64,000 bases of DNA from NCBI GenBank assembly GCA_964499705.1, contig CAZCME010000002.1, forward strand, positions 186,001 through 250,000, given 5' to 3'. This DNA comes from an uncultured bacterium (lineage in GTDB: Bacteria > UBA8481). Position numbers and translations under genes: made by a program. Shown here one piece after another: positions 24,981 to 34,260 of this stretch. Each line of letters begins with the position of its first letter. The stretch's first letter is position 1. The notes beneath the pieces are model-generated. The model was not told the DNA's origin, made no database searches, and saw only the letters and a program-made list of their open reading frames with translations.

Positions 24981-27731
24981 TCATCCCAGCTCCACGTCCA
25001 CAACGTGCTCTCCATCCTTTGATCCGACGAGATCCCCCGCGCCGATCATGACACGCCCGTCGGACGGACTCAACGCGCGCCCGTCGAGCGTTGCGGTCCT
25101 GACGCGACCGGCGCTAACGCCCGCAGGCGATCGGAACCGGATGCGGTATCGCGCTCCACGGAAGGATATTTTGAGAGTCACATCGCGAAAGAGGTCATCA
25201 TCCGGGAGGCAGGGATCGATGAGGAGCCCGCTTTGTGAAGTTCTCCCAGCTGCGACGCCACGCGTCAAGACGCCACGTGTCAAGACACCGCGGACGCCGA
25301 GGAAATGGCGCGGGAAGACCATGCGCGTCCAGGGGCCCGTGCCGGTCAGGAGCGGATATTCGGCGCGGCCGGCGAGGAAGGGGTGATCCGAACCGATCCA
25401 GTATTCGGGGAGATGGGGCCCAGCGGTCGCGGCGCGGTCGCGACCGAGAACGGAGATGCCGCTGAAGACCTTCCAGGCATCCTGGGCGCGGCGGCGCAGG
25501 AGAAGGGCATGGATGAAGTAGAGATTGGCGTGATTGAAGACGGCGCCGTTTTCTTTCGTGCCGGGAGCGAAACCCGTGATGCGGCCGATCTCGGGATCGA
25601 AGCGGGTGTAAGCCGGAGCATTGAGGCGGAGGCCTCCGTGGGCGTCGGAGAGATTCTCGAAGACGGCCTCGATAAGGCGATCCACCTCATTGCCGGAGAC
25701 GGCGTCCGCCAGGAGCGCCCACGTCTGGGGCATGAGATGCATGGGGCATTCTCCGGCTTCCTCGATGGCTTGCCCGTCCGGGCGGATGTAACCGTGAAAG
25801 AACGTTCCATTGTAGGCTTTCTCGCGGACGATCCTGACCAGTGTGTCGGCTTTCGATTCCAGCGATGACTGAAGGCTCCGCGCGTCGACATCGATTCGTC
25901 GGGCGGAAACATCGCCGTCGACCTCGCGGAGAAATTTCCGCATCGCGTCTTGTCTGGTGGGCGCGGCGCCATCGTCAGGCAAAGTCAGTCGCGCGGCGGC
26001 CTCGAAGAGCGCGATCGAGGATGCGCCGTGGCAGGACGCGAGATCGTTGAGCGCCGATGCGAGCAGGCGCAGATTGCGCGCGACGCCGCAGGAGAAGACG
26101 ACGTTTTCGCCGTCATGCAGCTGATCGATGGCGTCATTCCAATCGGCGCGGCGGTGTTTCAGGAGCCCATGCCGACCGCAGTCGTAGTACATCCCGAGAT
26201 TCTGCACGAGGAGATGTTCGATCACTGTTCCCAGGAGCGGCGGACTGTTCTGAGAGAGATTCACATTGGAAACGGCTGTTGCTTCCGCGATCTTACCTGA
26301 CGGCCAGCCTTCCGTTTTTTTATCACCGCGGGAACGGAAGGTATCGCGGAAATAGGGGATGCCGTCCTTCAGGAGGTACGAGAGATCGCCCAGCTCGTCG
26401 CCGATCATGAGCATCGTGGGAAGGGTCCAGTAGGGATGATCGCACCAAAGGCCGTTCACCTCGTCGGAACCGAAGCGGCGCGTGCGCGTGAAGAAGCGCG
26501 TCGCGTTGGTTCCGTCGGGGCGGATGCCCGAGAGCGTATAGACGGATTTGTCGAGGGCTCCGGCGGGATCGAGGGGCGCCCATGCCATCAGGTCCTGCCA
26601 GATCTCCCGCCATCCGGAGAAATCGCTGCCGTAGTCGAACTGGGGATGGCCCGTGTTGCCGAACCAGTGACGGATGAGCGACTGATGCAGCCACCAGCGA
26701 TTCCAGGAGGAGTCGAAGTCGGGATGGCCGGTTTCGATCCGCACTTTCCCGGCGTGTTCGCTCCAGAAGGCGGACACTTCCTCGCGTCGTTTGGCGATCG
26801 CGTCCTTTTCCGCAAGCGCCTCGATCCGGGCCGCGGTCGCGCGATCGGGAGCGACGCCGGCGGAGAGGGAGAGGGAGACGGATTCTCCTGGAGTCAGAGA
26901 TACGCCCCGGAATTCGAAGGCCGCGACCAGTTCTCGACCGAGACCCTGGATCCGCGGCTCGCGATCTTCGATGAGAGCTTCCGGATGATCCCAGCGGTAG
27001 AGAGGCCCGAGGAAATCCTCGCGATCCGACCAGACGCGATCCGGGAGGCGATCCGCTCCCATTCTGGCCGACGCAATATAGCAGAGTGACGACCGGCCGG
27101 TCCTGCCCTCGATCCATTCCAGGCCGTTTTCGACGAGCACATGGCCGGCGGCGTCGATCTTGTTGTACAACCGCACGACATCGCGATGATATTCGACATA
27201 GGCGCGGGATCCCGCGTAGAGCGGAAGGACGAGCGAGACATCGATGCGCCGGGCCGCATCCGAGCGATTCGTGATCCGGACATCCCAGCATTCGCAGGAT
27301 TCGTTCACGGGAACGAAGACCGTCGAGTCCGTTTCCAGGTCGCCGCACTTCGAATGCAATGTCACCTCGCCGAGATCGAGCGTGGATTCGAAGGCGGAAG
27401 GAACAGAGCCGGCGAAGGGGAGAGCGGGGGAACCGGTGGCGCAGAAGAGAGCCGGGCTGGAGGACGCGGCCGGATCCCGGATCCAGACCGCGCGTCCCAT
27501 GTTCTTGGGGAAGAGCGGCCCGTCGAATTCCCCGAGCATGCGCGCGTAGTCCGCTCCGGAATATCCTCTCAGCAGCGCATCGACGACCGCGAAGTATTCG
27601 CTGCCGCAGGCGAGCATCTGGATGGGGACGCGACCGGCCGTGTCCGGTCGCGGGACGACGACGCGACCTTCAGGATCAAACCGCCAGGCGGCTGATCCGG
27701 GAGCGTGCGTCTGGGTGTGTTCGTTCGGCAT
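24981..27731 (-). CDS. GH94 glycoside phosphorylase (resembles the laminaribiose-phosphorylase branch)
   Basis: GWREIWQD, GIRPDGTNAT, WCDH, GTVIEHLLVQ, ADWND catalytic motif, KENGAVFNH, LTGTGPW. Confidence 0.8.
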   Translation of the reverse strand: MPNEHTQTHAPGSAAWRFDPEGRVVVPRPDTAGRVPIQMLACGSEYFAVVDALLRGYSGADYARMLGEFDGPLFPKNMGRAVWIRDPAASSSPALFCATGSPALPFAGSVPSAFESTLDLGEVTLHSKCGDLETDSTVFVPVNESCECWDVRITNRSDAARRIDVSLVLPLYAGSRAYVEYHRDVVRLYNKIDAAGHVLVENGLEWIEGRTGRSSLCYIASARMGADRLPDRVWSDREDFLGPLYRWDHPEALIEDREPRIQGLGRELVAAFEFRGVSLTPGESVSLSLSAGVAPDRATAARIEALAEKDAIAKRREEVSAFWSEHAGKVRIETGHPDFDSSWNRWWLHQSLIRHWFGNTGHPQFDYGSDFSGWREIWQDLMAWAPLDPAGALDKSVYTLSGIRPDGTNATRFFTRTRRFGSDEVNGLWCDHPYWTLPTMLMIGDELGDLSYLLKDGIPYFRDTFRSRGDKKTEGWPSGKIAEATAVSNVNLSQNSPPLLGTVIEHLLVQNLGMYYDCGRHGLLKHRRADWNDAIDQLHDGENVVFSCGVARNLRLLASALNDLASCHGASSIALFEAAARLTLPDDGAAPTRQDAMRKFLREVDGDVSARRIDVDARSLQSSLESKADTLVRIVREKAYNGTFFHGYIRPDGQAIEEAGECPMHLMPQTWALLADAVSGNEVDRLIEAVFENLSDAHGGLRLNAPAYTRFDPEIGRITGFAPGTKENGAVFNHANLYFIHALLLRRRAQDAWKVFSGISVLGRDRAATAGPHLPEYWIGSDHPFLAGRAEYPLLTGTGPWTRMVFPRHFLGVRGVLTRGVLTRGVAAGRTSQSGLLIDPCLPDDDLFRDVTLKISFRGARYRIRFRSPAGVSAGRVRTATLDGRALSPSDGRVMIGAGDLVGSKDGEHVVDVELG

Positions 27732-27738
27732 GCGGAGG

Positions 27739-27768
27739 ATTATGACCCGGCCGTTCACGGAGTGTCAA
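27739..27768 (-). promoter_or_regulatory. Sigma70 promoter, probably leaderless, for the GH94 operon
   Basis: TTGACA-18-CATAAT, then 7 nt to ATG 27731; no SD. Confidence 0.65.
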
Positions 27769-27793
27769 CAGGTAATATGAATAATAATAATCG

Positions 27794-27807
27794 CCAATGC
27801 GGATTAG
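27794..27807. promoter_or_regulatory. LacI-type operator copy
   Basis: CCAATGCGGATTAG, 12/14 match to CTAATGCGCATTAG. Confidence 0.65.
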
Positions 27808-28071
27808 CAGGCGTGCTAATATTTACCCACCTCGGACTGCTCCGCTCCGGAACGCGTCTTTCCTTCGGCGGTGACAGCATCCTGAGAAAGAGTGTTCATG
27901 AGGCGAAGTTCGTTCGTCCATGTTCTTCGAGTGGATGGATGAACGGCGAATGAACAACGGCTGATGACGAACATCATTTCCGCATGCGAATACTCGCAAC
28001 CCCGCACTCCGCGGACGCGCCCTCAATCGCCCGTTCGACCTATGAGCCGGCTTGCAATAGGATGGATCAGC

Positions 28072-28833
28072 ATGCCTGACGAGAAAGTCATAGAGCTGGC
28101 CGGAGTGACGAAGTCTTTTGCCGGCGGATTCTTCGGGAAGATTCCCGTCCTGAAGGGGATTTCCTTCACGGTGACGCGCGGCGAGGCTGTGGGGATCGCG
28201 GGACCGAGCGGCGCGGGCAAAACGACGCTGCTCAAGATTCTGCTGGGACTCGTAAAGCCCTGCGAGGGTGGAGTCAAGCTCTTCGGAGAAAAACCTCTCG
28301 CCGCGTTGACCCATCATGTCGTGGGTTATGTTCCGGATGACCACGGTCTGCCGCCGGGCGTGAAGGTGCGCGAGTCGGTGGCTCTGCACGACGGCCTGCT
28401 GGGCTTGCATGCCGCCGGGATGAATCCTGCGATGAGCGGGCGGCTTGAGGAGGCGCTGGGAATTCGGGATGTCGGCGACGCGCGTGCGGAGACGGTGTCC
28501 ATGGGCACGCGCGCGAGGATCGCATTCGCGCTGGCCTTGAAGGGAGAACCTTCGCTGCTGGTGCTGGATGATCCCTTCATCGGGGTGGATCCCGAGATGC
28601 GCGGATTCATGCGCGATGAACTGCGGGGTTATCTCGTTCGACGCGGCACGCTGGTCGTGACCTCGCATATGCTCCTGGAACTTTCCGATGTCGTGTCCCG
28701 TGTGCTGCTGATCAATGGAGGAATGCTTGCTGCCGACGATTCGGCGCATCGCGTTTATCCAGACGTGGAGCAATGGTACCGTGATGGCACGATGGCATTC
28801 CGGAGGAAGTGCGCAACCGAGGCGGGAACATGA
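28072..28833 (+). CDS. ABC transporter ATP-binding protein (export type, degenerate motifs)
   Basis: GPSGAGKT; signature VSMGT; Walker B LLVLDDP; TSH. Confidence 0.85.
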   Translation: MPDEKVIELAGVTKSFAGGFFGKIPVLKGISFTVTRGEAVGIAGPSGAGKTTLLKILLGLVKPCEGGVKLFGEKPLAALTHHVVGYVPDDHGLPPGVKVRESVALHDGLLGLHAAGMNPAMSGRLEEALGIRDVGDARAETVSMGTRARIAFALALKGEPSLLVLDDPFIGVDPEMRGFMRDELRGYLVRRGTLVVTSHMLLELSDVVSRVLLINGGMLAADDSAHRVYPDVEQWYRDGTMAFRRKCATEAGT

Positions 28834-29504
28834 CGCTGTTCCGAATGGCGCTGCGAGAGGCATCGCGGCTTCATCCCGGATCCGCTCTCCTTGTCCTGTT
28901 CCTGGCTCCGTTCGCCGTCATTCCCTACGCCGCTCTGCTCGCGGTGGAATCTTCGTCGCGCGTCGCTTCCGACATCGCCTACCTCTTCGCTCTGCTCGCG
29001 GCGCACGCGATCGCCATTCAATATGGAGCCGGAGTTCGGCCGCTGGAGAATGGATTTACCGATCTTCTCCGCGTGCGAGGTCTCTCCGCAGGCGCTATCC
29101 TGCGGAGCCGCGCGGCGGGCTTCGGCACCCTTTGCCTGCTGCCGCTCGCGGCTGTTGTGGGAGGCTCCGTGCTGGCCGCCGGGTGGATGGGGGCGCGCGA
29201 TATTCTACGCGTCGCCATTGCTCAGTTGGGCGCCCTCCAGACCTTCGGAGTCGCTGTTTTCTTCGGAGCGATTCTTTCGCGGCAGGCGACGGCGATTTGC
29301 GCGTACGCGGTCGTTCTGATCGGCCAGGTTCCATCAGGACGAGACAATATCCCGTGGATCTTTCCCCGATATGCCGTCTTCGATTTCTGGCCCGGGGATG
29401 TGCCCGGGCCGGGCGAAACGGCAAGTCTTATTCTCGGGGCACTGGCCTATGGCGTTGGCGGCGTGCTTGCCGCTTCAGCGCTCGCGGAAATTCGGGATCG
29501 ATGA
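28830..29504 (+). CDS. ABC-2 type permease-like membrane protein
   Basis: About 6 hydrophobic segments; ATGA coupling to the ATPase. Confidence 0.65.
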   Translation: MTLFRMALREASRLHPGSALLVLFLAPFAVIPYAALLAVESSSRVASDIAYLFALLAAHAIAIQYGAGVRPLENGFTDLLRVRGLSAGAILRSRAAGFGTLCLLPLAAVVGGSVLAAGWMGARDILRVAIAQLGALQTFGVAVFFGAILSRQATAICAYAVVLIGQVPSGRDNIPWIFPRYAVFDFWPGDVPGPGETASLILGALAYGVGGVLAASALAEIRDR

Positions 29505-30136
29505 TGTCTGTCAGGATACCGGCGCGCGGCCTCCTGCGCCGATTCCCGCGGGGAGTCGATTTTCTCCTGGCCGGCATTCTGCTCCTGGCCGCGTCCTCGA
29601 TTCCCGCCGTCAAGCCGGCCGAGACGTCTTCGTCCACCTGGCTCGGTCTCCGTCCTTTCACGGCGGATATCATCAGGATGCATGCTCTTTCCGTCGTCGG
29701 AGTCGCCGGTCTGGATCGGGAATATCCCGGGACCGATCCCACGCGCGGAGCGCTTGCCGAGCGCCTCGAAATGGCGATGCGGCTGACGCCCGATCGACAC
29801 GAGGTCATCTGGGACGACGCGCTTCTCCTGTCCGCGCTGGGAGACTCGGCCGGCGCGAGGCGCTACCTGCGTGCCGCTCGAGAATTTCACCCGCGACCGG
29901 AGGAGATCGACCTGTTCGAGGCCGCATGGTTCCTCTGGATCGACCAGGCGGATACGACGGGGGCTGTGACAATGCTGATGGAGTCCTGGAACAGGGGGGC
30001 GCTATCCCGGCCGGGAAAGCGATTCGCCGTATCCCTTGTCGGAGCCGCAGGTGATCATGCGCAGAGGCTCGCTCTGGAGCGTCGCTTAGCTGAGGAGTCC
30101 GGCAACGGTGAATCGACGGTCCATGGAGCGGAGTGA
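29501..30136 (+). CDS. Membrane-anchored helical/TPR-like protein
   Basis: ATGA coupling; N-terminal TM; LEMAMRLTPD... TPR-like helices. Confidence 0.55.
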   Translation: MMSVRIPARGLLRRFPRGVDFLLAGILLLAASSIPAVKPAETSSSTWLGLRPFTADIIRMHALSVVGVAGLDREYPGTDPTRGALAERLEMAMRLTPDRHEVIWDDALLLSALGDSAGARRYLRAAREFHPRPEEIDLFEAAWFLWIDQADTTGAVTMLMESWNRGALSRPGKRFAVSLVGAAGDHAQRLALERRLAEESGNGESTVHGAE

Positions 30137-30192
30137 AGCATCCGTCTGTTCCCGTGGCTGTTTCCCGACCCGTCGTCGATTTGGATGAACGA

Positions 30193-30828
30193 CTACTTCG
30201 TATAGTTGATATGCAAGGAGTCGAAGATGACCGATTTGTCCCTGCCTTCGATGACAAGGACGAGGTTGAAATTGTCGCGGGGGCTGGTCCACCCGGTCGT
30301 CTGAGCCAGATCCGCCGTGACGGTCCCGGCTCGATTCTGGCTGGGTATGATCGTGTGGTAGGCGGCGTCGCTCCAGGGATTGGAAGTCGCCCCCACGTTC
30401 CATGATGCGCCTTCCTCCACATCGCTGACGACGACCGTGAGAACGGGTCCGCGTGAGAAATCGATCTGAGGGACGACCAGGACGGATTTGCCCCAGTCCG
30501 CTTCGCCGACGGCGGTGAGCGAGCCTTTGCCGGCTGGATTCGACAGGATCCGCGCATTAAAGGAGGCGTCATCGTCGGCATCATAGAAACCGTCGACCGA
30601 TGTGAAGAGGTTATCCCACGCGAGCACATCCACGGCCGGTTTTCCCGGAAAAGGTTCAGGATTCCGCTCCCGGGTCCCCGCCGTCAGATCCGCCGATGCC
30701 GTGGTGACCGGGGCTCCGTCGAGCGTCCCCGCCTGCGGCGTCTTGGATCCGCAACCCGCCATCCCTGCCACAACGACCGTGTACCCCAGTACCGCCGCTC
30801 CCGCCGCAACCACAATCGATCCCCGCAT
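30193..30828 (-). CDS. Lipoprotein carrying one CBM-like domain
   Basis: Lipobox MAGC; SD GGAGGA; domain aligns by eye with the N-terminal repeats of 16611-21776. Confidence 0.7.
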   Translation of the reverse strand: MRGSIVVAAGAAVLGYTVVVAGMAGCGSKTPQAGTLDGAPVTTASADLTAGTRERNPEPFPGKPAVDVLAWDNLFTSVDGFYDADDDASFNARILSNPAGKGSLTAVGEADWGKSVLVVPQIDFSRGPVLTVVVSDVEEGASWNVGATSNPWSDAAYHTIIPSQNRAGTVTADLAQTTGWTSPRDNFNLVLVIEGRDKSVIFDSLHINYTK

Positions 30829-30866
30829 GACCCGTCCTCCGCGCTGAAGAAGTATACTACGAGAAC

Positions 30867-30923
30867 AGTATACTAATGCGCATTAGCGTTGTCAATAGGA
30901 ATAGATATACTAATACGAATTAG
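30867..30923 (-). promoter_or_regulatory. Sigma70 promoter with a LacI-type operator in the spacer and a second upstream operator
   Basis: TTGACA(30895-90)-17-TATACT(30872-67); perfect palindrome CTAATGCGCATTAG 30873-30886; CTAATACGAATTAG 30910-30923. Confidence 0.8.
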
Positions 30924-30947
30924 CGTGCATGTATCCGGGTGAATCGG

Positions 30948-32558
30948 TCATCGGACGTAAACCTTGTATTTGTACCGGATCTCCGCTTTTTGCCCGGCGG
31001 GAAGGTCGATGGTCCAGTCGAGCCTTGTGACGGGATTCAACTGGCGGAGCCCTTCCGCGAGTTTTGTCTCGGTCGCGCCGTGCGAGGCCTCGAGGAGCTG
31101 CCCCTCGAAGGAACGCTCGATTTCCAGCTTCACATCCTCGCGTTTATGGCTCTGCACCGACAGGATGCCCTCGATCGTCACCAGGTCGTAGGAGGAACCC
31201 TGGTAGGTGCGCGCATTTGCCTGGCGGTTGATCTCCGCTTCGCTCCGGTCGGCCCGCAGATCCAGAGCCTTCGTGATCCTGATGCGCGTCTCCGCTTTCG
31301 GGGAGGTGTAACTGAGGATGTCCTGTCCCAGGATCTTTCCGCCGGATACGACGATGACAGGAGCCGTTGTCAGGGGTTGAGAGAAAGGATTATGAATCTT
31401 CAGCTTGTGCCAGACTTCCTCGGTCGATCCGCTCTCCCTTGTTCTCGGGCTGTACGATGGCTCCGCCTGCGCGATATCCCACGTGTAGATATGCTCGTAT
31501 TTCACGGGGCTGTTCAGGAGCTCATAGTATCCGCGCTGGTTCTTTCCGAGCGTGACGTTCTCCAGCGTGTAGAAGAAAAGATCCTCCGCGTAGGCACCTG
31601 CCGTGGTCGAGGAATAGTCCGGTTGCGCGTCTCCGGCTTCCGGGAACCCCATGTAGGCGTTCATGGCGACCTGGGCCATCACGCCGACATTTCTTCGCGA
31701 CGAAGATCCCATGTTTCCCAGGCCGGAGAGGAACGACGAAAGTTCCTGGTCCAGGGAAAAGGGCGATACGACATCCGCGAAGAGGATGTTCGGAAACCCA
31801 CTGATGAAATTCATCCGCACATTCCGAAGATCGGCGGCTTCGTTGATGACGATGCTCTGGAGCCTGATCCGCCCCTCGCCCGCGCCTGTAATATCCAGCT
31901 CATACGCAGGCGCCCATGTGATTCCTTTCGACAGTTGCGTGAGTCGGAAATCCGCGTCGACCTTTGCCTCGTAAGACAGCGTGATTTCCGGCTTCATTTC
32001 CCTGGTCACGCAGGTTGTGTCAAGACTCCCGGCGGATCTCAGGCCATTGATCTCTTCGACCCGGATCGCTTCCTGTTCCGCACCGTCTCCCAGGAGGACG
32101 ATGGAGCCCGAAAACGGGAGGAATGATGTGGAGGCTGTTCGACGATCGAGAATCGTCGGTCCGTCCGCGGACAGGAGCGCCACGATCCGTCCGCGCCTTG
32201 TCGCCTGCGCCGTCGTCAGCTCGATGTCCCGCCCGATGTTGGCCTGCAGCAATTCCGCGAGGCTGCCCGCGGAGCGTACGGAGGAAACTTCCTTCATGGC
32301 GGCGGTCATGGATTCGATCTTGAGGAGCAGCGGATCGTAATGGATCCAGTAGGTGCCGTGTGTGCCGGCGATTTCCGGTGAGAAACGAGCGGACTTCTGG
32401 CTGGAGGGGAGTCTGCCTTCGGCCGTGAAGCAGCCGAGGCCGTTCTTGAAGAGCGACACCTCGGCGATGCGCGGCGCTTCATCGGCGCCGGCGGCGCCGA
32501 CGCAGAGCGTCGAGGCGATGAGGATCCGGAAGTAAAGCTGACGGGATGGTCGGTTCAT
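30948..32558 (-). CDS. Secreted DUF4139-like protein
   Basis: Signal peptide ending AGA; VSLFKNG, ITWAPAYEL, LDWTIDLPAGQKAEIRYKY. Confidence 0.65.
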   Translation of the reverse strand: MNRPSRQLYFRILIASTLCVGAAGADEAPRIAEVSLFKNGLGCFTAEGRLPSSQKSARFSPEIAGTHGTYWIHYDPLLLKIESMTAAMKEVSSVRSAGSLAELLQANIGRDIELTTAQATRRGRIVALLSADGPTILDRRTASTSFLPFSGSIVLLGDGAEQEAIRVEEINGLRSAGSLDTTCVTREMKPEITLSYEAKVDADFRLTQLSKGITWAPAYELDITGAGEGRIRLQSIVINEAADLRNVRMNFISGFPNILFADVVSPFSLDQELSSFLSGLGNMGSSSRRNVGVMAQVAMNAYMGFPEAGDAQPDYSSTTAGAYAEDLFFYTLENVTLGKNQRGYYELLNSPVKYEHIYTWDIAQAEPSYSPRTRESGSTEEVWHKLKIHNPFSQPLTTAPVIVVSGGKILGQDILSYTSPKAETRIRITKALDLRADRSEAEINRQANARTYQGSSYDLVTIEGILSVQSHKREDVKLEIERSFEGQLLEASHGATETKLAEGLRQLNPVTRLDWTIDLPAGQKAEIRYKYKVYVR

Positions 32559-32684
32559 GAAAGTGTCCTTTCCCAAGAAGGCGAGTTGCACTGGCGCTCC
32601 GATCGTATCACATGCCCGGGCAAGTGAATCCAATATCCGTGTTGACAAGTGGTCTTCCAAAGTGATATATAACTGTTCATAGAT

Positions 32685-32880
32685 AAAACACGGATGGGAG
32701 GAGGCTCAATGGAATGAGCTCGCGCCGCGCGCATCGATCGTATCGATGAGGCGTGCCGGTGGCCGGGCATGACATCACACACACAATAGGATATCGGATA
32801 TCGGTTAACCAGGGATGGGCTGATCCTCGTGCGTCCAACACATATACGGACGGTGCGGGCAAACCCAGGGAGGGTTTATC
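32685..32880 (+). promoter_or_regulatory. GGA-rich flagellin leader, candidate CsrA/RsmA target
   Basis: 9 GGA in about 190 nt; AAACCC-AGGGA-GGGTTT hairpin (32861-32877) over the SD. Confidence 0.55.
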
Positions 32881-33726
32881 ATGTTATCACCACGGCTTAC
32901 GGCCTCGAATGAGTCCGCGTTAGTCGCGTTGGGCGGCCTGAAGGACGCCACGCGGCTCTTCTCACTTTCAACATCGCGCCTGTCAACAGGACTGCGCGTT
33001 CAATCTCCATCGGACGATCCCGGCAGCTTCGCCTTCGCCAACCGGCTGCAGGCGCGCCAGCGATCGTATGACCGGCTTCTCATCGACAACCAGGCGTCGC
33101 GTTCGCTCGTGCAGACGGCCAACAGCGGCATTGAAACGATCCTGGATCATCTCCAGACGATCCGCACGCTCGCGGTCAGTTCCTCGAGCGGAGCGTCCAC
33201 GACGGCCGACAGAAACGCCAACCAGGCCACGCTCGACAGCCTGCGCGACGAGATATTGTCCATAGCGCAGACCACCGAATTCAATTCCAAGATTCTCCTG
33301 GGCGGCAGCTACGCATCCGGACAGTCAACACTCACTTTCCAGGTCGGAGCCGACAGCGGGAACACGATTACGCTCAACATCAGGACGTTGACGTCCGCGG
33401 CGCTGGGCATCGACAGCATCAGTGTCTCCACCCAGGCAAGCGCTTCGGGAGCGATCACCGGAATCGACAGCGCGATCAACATCGTCACGAGCGAGTCGGC
33501 GACCACGGGATCGGCGGACGAAAGGCTCGAAATCGGCGCGGATTTTCTGGACAGCGTCAATACCGCGTACAAGAGCGCGATCAACGGAGCCCTGGATGCG
33601 GACCTGGCCGAAGAAACCGTGGCGTTTGCGAAAGCGTCGGTATTGCGGCAGACGTCATCGGCGGCGCTGGCCCAGGCGAACCTGTATCCGCAGAATGTCC
33701 TGGCGGCCATACTGCCCGGAAAATGA
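32881..33726 (+). CDS. fliC: Flagellin-family protein (minimal D0/D1, 281 aa)
   Basis: RLSTGLRVQSPSDDP, TTEFNSKILL, FQVGADSG, DADLAEE, ALAQANLYPQNVL. Confidence 0.88.
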   Translation: MLSPRLTASNESALVALGGLKDATRLFSLSTSRLSTGLRVQSPSDDPGSFAFANRLQARQRSYDRLLIDNQASRSLVQTANSGIETILDHLQTIRTLAVSSSSGASTTADRNANQATLDSLRDEILSIAQTTEFNSKILLGGSYASGQSTLTFQVGADSGNTITLNIRTLTSAALGIDSISVSTQASASGAITGIDSAINIVTSESATTGSADERLEIGADFLDSVNTAYKSAINGALDADLAEETVAFAKASVLRQTSSAALAQANLYPQNVLAAILPGK

Positions 33727-33771
33727 GCGGCATGGCTTTGCAATAGCGGCGTGCTTCTGTAGTATGCGCTC

Positions 33772-34260
33772 ATGAGAACCAAGCGTGGCACCGCGGTCTA
33801 CCCGGGATCCTTCGATCCGGCGACGAACGGCCACATCGACATCGCGCATCGGGCCGCGGAGATCTTCGATCGCGTCATTGTCGCGGTGCTCGATAACTCG
33901 ACGAAGGCGACGCTCTTCACGCCCGATGAGCGTGCCGGGCTGTTGCGAGCCTCGTTGCCGGGTGCTCCGACGATCGAGATCGTGAAATTCTCCGGCCTGC
34001 TCGTGGACCTCATGCATACCATGGGCGCTGGCACCATCATCAGGGGCCTCCGGTTCGTGAGCGATTTCGAATACGAGCTGCAGATGGCTCTCATGAACCA
34101 GGCCCTGGAACCGGGCATCGAGACCGTCTTTCTCGTGGCTGCTCCGGAAAGGACATTCGTCTCGTCCACCCTTGTCAAGGAAGTGGCCCGGCTCGGCCGG
34201 GATATTTCTCAATTCGTGCCACCCGTCGTGGCCGAGGCGATGAGGGCCAAGTTCGCATGA
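33772..34260 (+). CDS. coaD: Phosphopantetheine adenylyltransferase
   Basis: [35 protein letters not shown]. Confidence 0.97.
   Translation: MRTKRGTAVYPGSFDPATNGHIDIAHRAAEIFDRVIVAVLDNSTKATLFTPDERAGLLRASLPGAPTIEIVKFSGLLVDLMHTMGAGTIIRGLRFVSDFEYELQMALMNQALEPGIETVFLVAAPERTFVSSTLVKEVARLGRDISQFVPPVVAEAMRAKFA

Noticed and set aside
27895-27965. Imperfect GTTC/GAAC hairpin upstream of the ABC gene as an ncRNA or riboswitch
   Set aside because: No recognisable family motif; it may be a degenerate repeat and cannot be supported without a covariance search
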